A DNA stretch of 64,000 nt from assembly GCA_040225955.1 (NCBI GenBank), contig JBECUL010000003.1, positions 11,952-75,951 of the forward strand. Reading direction: 5' to 3'. The notes under the pieces were generated by a model, which had not been told where the DNA came from, made no database searches, and was given only the letters and a program-made list of their open reading frames with translations. The position numbers and the translations under genes are program-made. Positions 58,456-64,000 of the stretch are shown piece by piece. The stretch comes from Candidatus Asgardarchaeum abyssi. GTDB taxonomy: Archaea; Asgardarchaeota; Asgardarchaeia; Asgardarchaeales; Asgardarchaeaceae. Position 1 is the stretch's first letter. Every line of letters begins with the position of its first letter.

Positions 58456-58722
58456 GTGGATAATTTGAGAAGAACTAAACTTGACATTTACGCGGATATC
58501 CTTGAAGTTGTAAAAAGACATAAAGACGGCTGCGGCATCACTAGAATCTCATATGGAGCCGGAATGCCTAACGATAGAACAAGAAAATTTCTTAACGAGT
58601 TAATTTCATTCGGGCTGATAAAACCTCATGTAGAAGATCCTAAAAAATATGTAATTACAACCAGAGGCCTGGAGTTCCTGGATGCTTACTATAAACTCAA
58701 AAGCATCCTAGAATGCCAATAA
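58456..58722 (+). CDS. Winged-helix transcriptional regulator (archaeal HTH_45-like)
   Basis: RRTKLDIYADILE...TRISY...GLI...YVITTRGLEFL. Confidence 0.85.
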   Translation: MDNLRRTKLDIYADILEVVKRHKDGCGITRISYGAGMPNDRTRKFLNELISFGLIKPHVEDPKKYVITTRGLEFLDAYYKLKSILECQ

Positions 58723-58885
58723 TGCATACTCTCTTTTAACTTTCATTCTAAAATCATCATTACCAATTTTCATTTTGATGTGATATTTAAAGCCTCTAAA
58801 AATTTATTTATACCACTCACAAACTATAACCTTGGTAGCATTTTAACTCTAAAAGTGATTTATACATTACAGGGGATGGCTTTTC

Positions 58886-59989
58886 TTGAATTCTGAGACC
58901 ATTCTAGTGGGCCTACTGGTACTAATTTCTGGTATTCTATCCTATGAACTCGGAGTATCCACTGCTATCATCTTGATAGTATTAGGTGTGATTAGTGCCA
59001 ATTTTCTAGAATTTCACATAATCCCTGGTTGGTTAAATTTCATTTCATCCCTAGGTTTATTAGGAATTATGTTTTTCGCAGGCACTGAGGTTAACATAGA
59101 TATCCTAAAAAGAAGCTTTTGGAGAAGCGTTATAATTAGTACTCTTTCATTTTTCCTACCGTTTGGGGTCGTGTACACAATAGCTGTTGGCATATTGAGA
59201 ATATCTACTTTTCCAGCATTAGTCACGGCTCTCTCTTTCTCTACAACATCAATTTCTCTAATCTACTGTGCAATTCATTACGAAAACAAGGATGCCTCTT
59301 TTTATAATTCCATAATAGGTAGTGCCGTGCTCGTTGATATTTATGGAACACTTTTCCTGTTGTGGCTTTTTGTAGGATTCGACATCCTTTTATTCTCTTT
59401 TTTTGGCTTGCTTATGCTGGTGCTCATTTTCGCACCTACTATCTGGAAATTAATTGAACGTCGGTACCTTAACAAAGAGGCGGAGATGGAAATACGATTC
59501 ATAATTATTCTTTTAGTGTTGCTGGCATATATTTCCTCCAATGTTGGTGCTGGTGATGCCACACTGGCGTTCATAACAGGTGCTATCTTCTCAAGAACCC
59601 TCGGCAAAAAAGAACTGGTTAGCGAAAAATTGAGAGGCCTTATATTTGGATTCTTAGCTCCTCTCTTCTTCTTTAGAGCTGGTCTACTGATCAAATTTAA
59701 CGTAGTAACACTTGAAGCGGTTATCATTCTTCTAATCCTAGGTAGTGCTGCCTATGTTTCTAAGTATCTTGGTGTGTATCTGCCTTCGTCAAGATTCTTT
59801 GGAAAGGAAAATGCAAAAAAATTCAGCATGTACTTCAATTATAGACTCAGTTTTGCAATCATTCCAGCATTTTTGGGCCTCACAAAAGGACTTATATCCG
59901 AAGACATATACACCGCAATCATTCTCTTTGTCATCTTAACTGCCATCGTCACGTCTCTTTTACTAAGAATTCTGCCAAGAGAGGTTTAA
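58886..59989 (+). CDS. Cation:proton antiporter (CPA2/KefB-like)
   Basis: LGLLGIMFFAGTE, STTS, VLVD, AFITG, PLFFFRAG, SKYLG. Confidence 0.88.
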   Translation: MNSETILVGLLVLISGILSYELGVSTAIILIVLGVISANFLEFHIIPGWLNFISSLGLLGIMFFAGTEVNIDILKRSFWRSVIISTLSFFLPFGVVYTIAVGILRISTFPALVTALSFSTTSISLIYCAIHYENKDASFYNSIIGSAVLVDIYGTLFLLWLFVGFDILLFSFFGLLMLVLIFAPTIWKLIERRYLNKEAEMEIRFIIILLVLLAYISSNVGAGDATLAFITGAIFSRTLGKKELVSEKLRGLIFGFLAPLFFFRAGLLIKFNVVTLEAVIILLILGSAAYVSKYLGVYLPSSRFFGKENAKKFSMYFNYRLSFAIIPAFLGLTKGLISEDIYTAIILFVILTAIVTSLLLRILPREV

Positions 59990-60267
59990 CAACAATATCT
60001 ATTCCTTCATTTCTCAAAACCAGTCTACTAGAAAGCAATTTACACATGTAAAAATGCCAAACTAATGCTCTTCCTAGAAATAACTCCTACTTATATACGC
60101 TTTCCTTCTAATTGTAATACCGATGACAGAAAAGCTAATAAGCGCCCCACTCTCTTGCCAATCTAATCAATAAATAAAACAAAGAATAATAACTTTATCG
60201 AAACCACAGAGAAGTCATCCGAATTTATAACCACCCCAACAATAAAAGTAAAAATATTGAGCCATTT

Positions 60268-60480
60268 TATAAGGAGGCGATTAGGTATTACAGGGAGGCG
60301 ATTAAGGCGGATCCTAATTTCGTTATCACTTATTTTGACTTTGCTTATCTGTACAAGGTGTTAGGCAGATATGACAAGGCGCTGGAGTATTATCGCGAAG
60401 CGTACAAGCACGCACGTAGTGATTATTGGCGGAGTAAAGCTGAGAAATACATTAAGGAAATAAAAAGATGCTTGAGTTAA
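60268..60480 (+). pseudogene. TPR-repeat gene fragment lacking a start codon
   Basis: YKEAIRYYREAIKADPNFVITYFDFAYLYKVLGRYDKALEYYREAYK...CLS*; no in-frame ATG/GTG/TTG upstream of the TPR before the stop at ~60190. Confidence 0.65.
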
Positions 60481-60612
60481 AATTTTATTTTCGTTTCCCT
60501 TTCTGCTAGTGTTTTATCGAAAATTAGCATTTTTGGAAAATTTTAAATTTCTTTTTTCTTTAATGGTTATTTGTTGCGTTTTATTTTTATATGGCAGGCC
60601 GGGGCGATTTTC

Positions 60613-63600
60613 GTGAAGATGAGAACGTTGATGGTTTTTATTGTATTTAGTTTCTTAATAATTTCGTCATTCATGATGATAGTTTCGTTTCCATTAGATG
60701 AGGTGCAAAGTCGCATAGAAGATGGTGGGATCATTGAGCCACAGGTTAGCAGTACCTACAATGATATTCTCAGCAACATAGTATCAAGATTTAACGAACT
60801 AAGTGAAACAGCTAAGTCTTTGTCTCCGCATGAAAAAATGGATAAGCTCTTGATAAGCTATATAGAGACTGGTGAGATACCGGAAAATGTAAAGACCTAC
60901 CCATCCAGAGAAGTACATGAACTCTCTTCTGTCTTTAGAAAGTTATCTGCTGCTGGTAAAAATAAAGAGATAGGCATTATTATTTTGGCGGATTATGATG
61001 TTAGTTTGGATCAAGTATCAAAATATGTTACGGTTAGGCGGGTATATCCTTTAGGTTTTGGATTTATTATAATAGCCTCGGCTGGGTCGCCTGGAAGCAT
61101 TGAGAGAATTGCGGAAATGGAATCAGTAATTGGGGTATTGAGTGATATAAGAATAGGGTATCCCAGAGAAAAACCCTTAACCGAAGAATTAAAGATTATT
61201 GATACGAATCAAATGTTTGCAACTTACATACAGGGTTCTGCGAATGCGACATCGGTATATAATGTTAATGGTTCAGGTGTGGTAATTGCTATTGTAGACA
61301 CTGGTGTTGATTTTGGGAATCCTGATTTGAGACAGGCCAGAGCGCCTGACGGAAGACCGGTTTCAATAGATATTGATGGTCTTGGAATAGGGTTGGCAAC
61401 ATTATTGGTGCAGGCTGTTGATGTTGGATCGGAGACGGCTACGCTACCTACAAATGGGCAAGAAGTGATTGTTTACTCGATGGGCGAATACTATGAGTAT
61501 ACATTTAGTTACGATATTACTATCTCAAGGGCTCAGTATGACATGTCGAAAAGTAAGTATTTCCGAGTTGGTGTGTTTTCGTATACTGATAGTTCGCTTT
61601 ATTATACTTATTATATGCCTTTTGTGATGATTGATAGCACCACCAGTGGTGTTTATGATACTGTATATTTTGATTTATCAACCTTGTATGGAGAGGCCCT
61701 ATTGGATAGTGGAGATCCTTTAGGGCTTTTTGATATAGATTATATAGATTATAGTGTAGCCGATGAATCGCCGCATCGCTGGGGAGATGGAACTGAAGTA
61801 ATTGCAAGAGATTTCACTGGTGATGGGATTCCTGATATTTCGATGGGTTCTCTAGCATGGTCTTATGACACTTATCGCTATGGTGGATTGGGTTTAATTC
61901 CTGGAATAGGTGCTGTTGACAATCAGACATCGCTCGATTTGACGGGCGTATATGATGAATGGCCAGTAATAGCAATTCAGTGGGCTAGGGATGATAGTCA
62001 CGGCACTTGTGCAGCTGGTTCTGCAGCAAGTATGGGGCTGCATGATTGGTTTCTTTATAATGAATCTAATCCTAGTGGTAGTACATCGATAAAAATACCT
62101 GGTATGGCTCCTGGTGCATCGATAATGGCTATTAATCCGTGGTATTTTGGTGATATGATTTCTGCATGGTTTTGGGCGGCTGGTCTCGATTATAATGAAA
62201 ATACAGGCGGATATGACTATAATGAGTGGCATCATGCTGACATATGTAGTAATAGCTGGGGCATTTCTGAATATACGTATGGAGGGATGGCATCTGGTTC
62301 ATTTGTATTAGAACTTTTAGCCGATCTACTTACAATTCCTGGTTACTTTAATAGTTCCTATCCAGGAATGGTATTTACTGTTGCTGCTGGAAATGGTGGT
62401 TTTGGATATGGAACTTTAACTACACCAGCATCAGCGTCACTAGTTATTTCAGTAGGGGCATCAACTGAATGGCTATATTGGACATACTATGGAAATTATT
62501 CAAGACCACAAGGAGTTGATGAGGTTATACCTTGGTCGAATAGAGGCCCAACAACAATGGGAGAACCCAAGCCAGATGTTGTTGCCATAGGCGCATTTGC
62601 AGCAGATATTAACGCGATAAACTACATGGGCGCAATGGGATATGAAATAGGACTGTATGTTTTTGCTGGTGATGGTTATTACACCACTGAACTATTTGGT
62701 GGAACTAGCCAAGCTACACCAATGACTGCTGGCGCAGTAGCAGTGATAATTGAAGCATTGGAGAAGAATGGTATTTCTTGGGATCCTCTGTTAGTGAAGA
62801 ATATTTTAATGTCAACAGCTGATGATCTTGGTTATGACCCATATGTGCAGGGCGCTGGTAGAATTAATATTCTGAGAGCAGTTAACTATGTATTTGAGAT
62901 GAAAGGAAAGTCAAATTCAACAGTAACAGATAGTGTCTTAGCATATACCTACGACAGCTGGAGGAATATTCTTACTTTTAAGAAAGATCTCTATGTTAAC
63001 TTAACTGGGGTTTCGCCAACAGATAAAATAGGAATGGCCAGTCTTTATGGTGGTATATTATTGCCTGGCGAATCAAAAACGTATCATGTAGCGGTAGATA
63101 CGTATATTCACAACGTTAACAATCTAACGCTGAAGCCTATGTTCTTTAATAGAACAGCTTATGCCGAGATACCCTATTATGCTAGAGCTGGTGAAGATGC
63201 TTATGCCATTAATTTGACAGAAACCCTTGCCAGCTATGGCATATCAAAGGATGCGTTCTTTAGTAGTGATTTAGTCTTAATATATGTTACAATTGACGGA
63301 TGTGCATTCTCTGAGGGATACATTAGTAGCCCATATATCTACTTGGTTGACTGGCTTGATGAAAATGGTGATGGTAAATATGATCATAGCGTTGAGATGC
63401 ATAGAATTAATGTAGACTTTAGAGATGCTCCGGTTATGATGGTCTCTGTAGGTCAACCAGCCAAAAAATTCAGTGGAACTCCAACATTGGTTATTCGTCA
63501 AGTTTCTCAACCAGGATTAGCTATGACAATCTATGTTATGCTGTTTAAACGAGTTACTTGGAGCGTGTTTACAGTAGGTGGTTATACTAATACCTCACTT

Positions 63601-64000
63601 GGTGATGACTTATTTGAATATAATTTCTCAGTTACCCTAAATGTGCCATCTAATTCAATGCCGGGAGTGTATGAAGGTATCTTTTACATACACGTTTCAA
63701 ACGCTACGAATTCAAGTGAATACTATATGCCAGTGTCTTATGCCGTAATGCATAAGTTAGATACGGTTGGAAAAGTGTACATATTTAGATATGAAAATCG
63801 TACCGAGTATACTCCATATGTAAACTTCAGAGTATTTGGTGGCCAGTTCTGGGGATGGAGATGGGAATCTGGAGACTTTAGGTTTTATCCTCTACTTGTA
63901 CAAGATTCTAACTCTGAAGGACTATTAGTAGACATAACTTGGAATGGAGATTATTCGCAGGTTGACGTTATTGTGGTATTCAACAACTCATATATAGTTG
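60613..64000 (+). CDS. Large secreted S8 subtilisin-like serine protease (pyrolysin/STABLE-like), runs off the window
   Basis: Not in the ORF track. Signal peptide MKMRTLMVFIVFSFLIISS; in-frame triad IAIVDTGVD (~61290), DDSHGTCAAG (~62000), GGTSQATPMTAG (~62705); AAGNGG oxyanion motif. Confidence 0.92.
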   Translation, partial: MKMRTLMVFIVFSFLIISSFMMIVSFPLDEVQSRIEDGGIIEPQVSSTYNDILSNIVSRFNELSETAKSLSPHEKMDKLLISYIETGEIPENVKTYPSREVHELSSVFRKLSAAGKNKEIGIIILADYDVSLDQVSKYVTVRRVYPLGFGFIIIASAGSPGSIERIAEMESVIGVLSDIRIGYPREKPLTEELKIIDTNQMFATYIQGSANATSVYNVNGSGVVIAIVDTGVDFGNPDLRQARAPDGRPVSIDIDGLGIGLATLLVQAVDVGSETATLPTNGQEVIVYSMGEYYEYTFSYDITISRAQYDMSKSKYFRVGVFSYTDSSLYYTYYMPFVMIDSTTSGVYDTVYFDLSTLYGEALLDSGDPLGLFDIDYIDYSVADESPHRWGDGTEVIARDFTGDGIPDISMGSLAWSYDTYRYGGLGLIPGIGAVDNQTSLDLTGVYDEWPVIAIQWARDDSHGTCAAGSAASMGLHDWFLYNESNPSGSTSIKIPGMAPGASIMAINPWYFGDMISAWFWAAGLDYNENTGGYDYNEWHHADICSNSWGISEYTYGGMASGSFVLELLADLLTIPGYFNSSYPGMVFTVAAGNGGFGYGTLTTPASASLVISVGASTEWLYWTYYGNYSRPQGVDEVIPWSNRGPTTMGEPKPDVVAIGAFAADINAINYMGAMGYEIGLYVFAGDGYYTTELFGGTSQATPMTAGAVAVIIEALEKNGISWDPLLVKNILMSTADDLGYDPYVQGAGRINILRAVNYVFEMKGKSNSTVTDSVLAYTYDSWRNILTFKKDLYVNLTGVSPTDKIGMASLYGGILLPGESKTYHVAVDTYIHNVNNLTLKPMFFNRTAYAEIPYYARAGEDAYAINLTETLASYGISKDAFFSSDLVLIYVTIDGCAFSEGYISSPYIYLVDWLDENGDGKYDHSVEMHRINVDFRDAPVMMVSVGQPAKKFSGTPTLVIRQVSQPGLAMTIYVMLFKRVTWSVFTVGGYTNTSLGDDLFEYNFSVTLNVPSNSMPGVYEGIFYIHVSNATNSSEYYMPVSYAVMHKLDTVGKVYIFRYENRTEYTPYVNFRVFGGQFWGWRWESGDFRFYPLLVQDSNSEGLLVDITWNGDYSQVDVIVVFNNSYIV

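Noticed and set aside
61520-63510. Short minus-strand ORFs at 61520, 61894 and 63277, and the many 60-160-aa antisense ORFs elsewhere
   Set aside because: They are antisense to well-supported genes and carry no motifs.
1-64000. Methanogenesis (mcr), CRISPR arrays, rRNA/tRNA genes, prophage
   Set aside because: No supporting motifs or repeats were seen in this window.

Overview
AT-rich archaeal DNA with GGTG/GGAGG ribosome-binding sites and BRE/TATA-type promoters. The gene content (MglA-type small GTPase, PIG-A-like GT4, giant glycosylated surface protein, W-AORs, F420 enzymes) fits an anaerobic, probably thermophilic Asgard/TACK-type archaeon; this is inference only. 0-24 kb is a catabolic locus. 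It holds a pyrrolysine-free methylamine-methyltransferase cluster (MttB-family, corrinoid protein, two MtmB paralogues) interleaved with an ornithine-cyclodeaminase/imine-reductase family gene, two F420-dependent LLM/Mer-like oxidoreductases, two aldehyde:ferredoxin oxidoreductases and a degenerate RACo-like protein. Directly downstream lies a 10-gene group 4 [NiFe]-hydrogenase operon with HdrB inserted in it. Two ~242-bp, ~91% identical, GC-richer elements (1000-1241, 33222-33463) look like non-autonomous IS607/TnpB-derived mini-elements that keep a promoter, end repeats and a structured omega-RNA-like 3' half; one replaced the last codons of a 2075-aa surface protein. The rest holds GT4, beta-propeller and surface proteins, cofE, 5-FCL, hydantoinase A/B, an atypical MglA, a PreA/DHOD-like flavoprotein, vapBC with operator repeats, a MacB-type ABC system, a secreted caspase-family protease, a long bactofilin-like beta-helix, a CPA2 antiporter and a large subtilase. 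At least two genes appear to start at ATT. All calls come from motif reading; no database searches were run.
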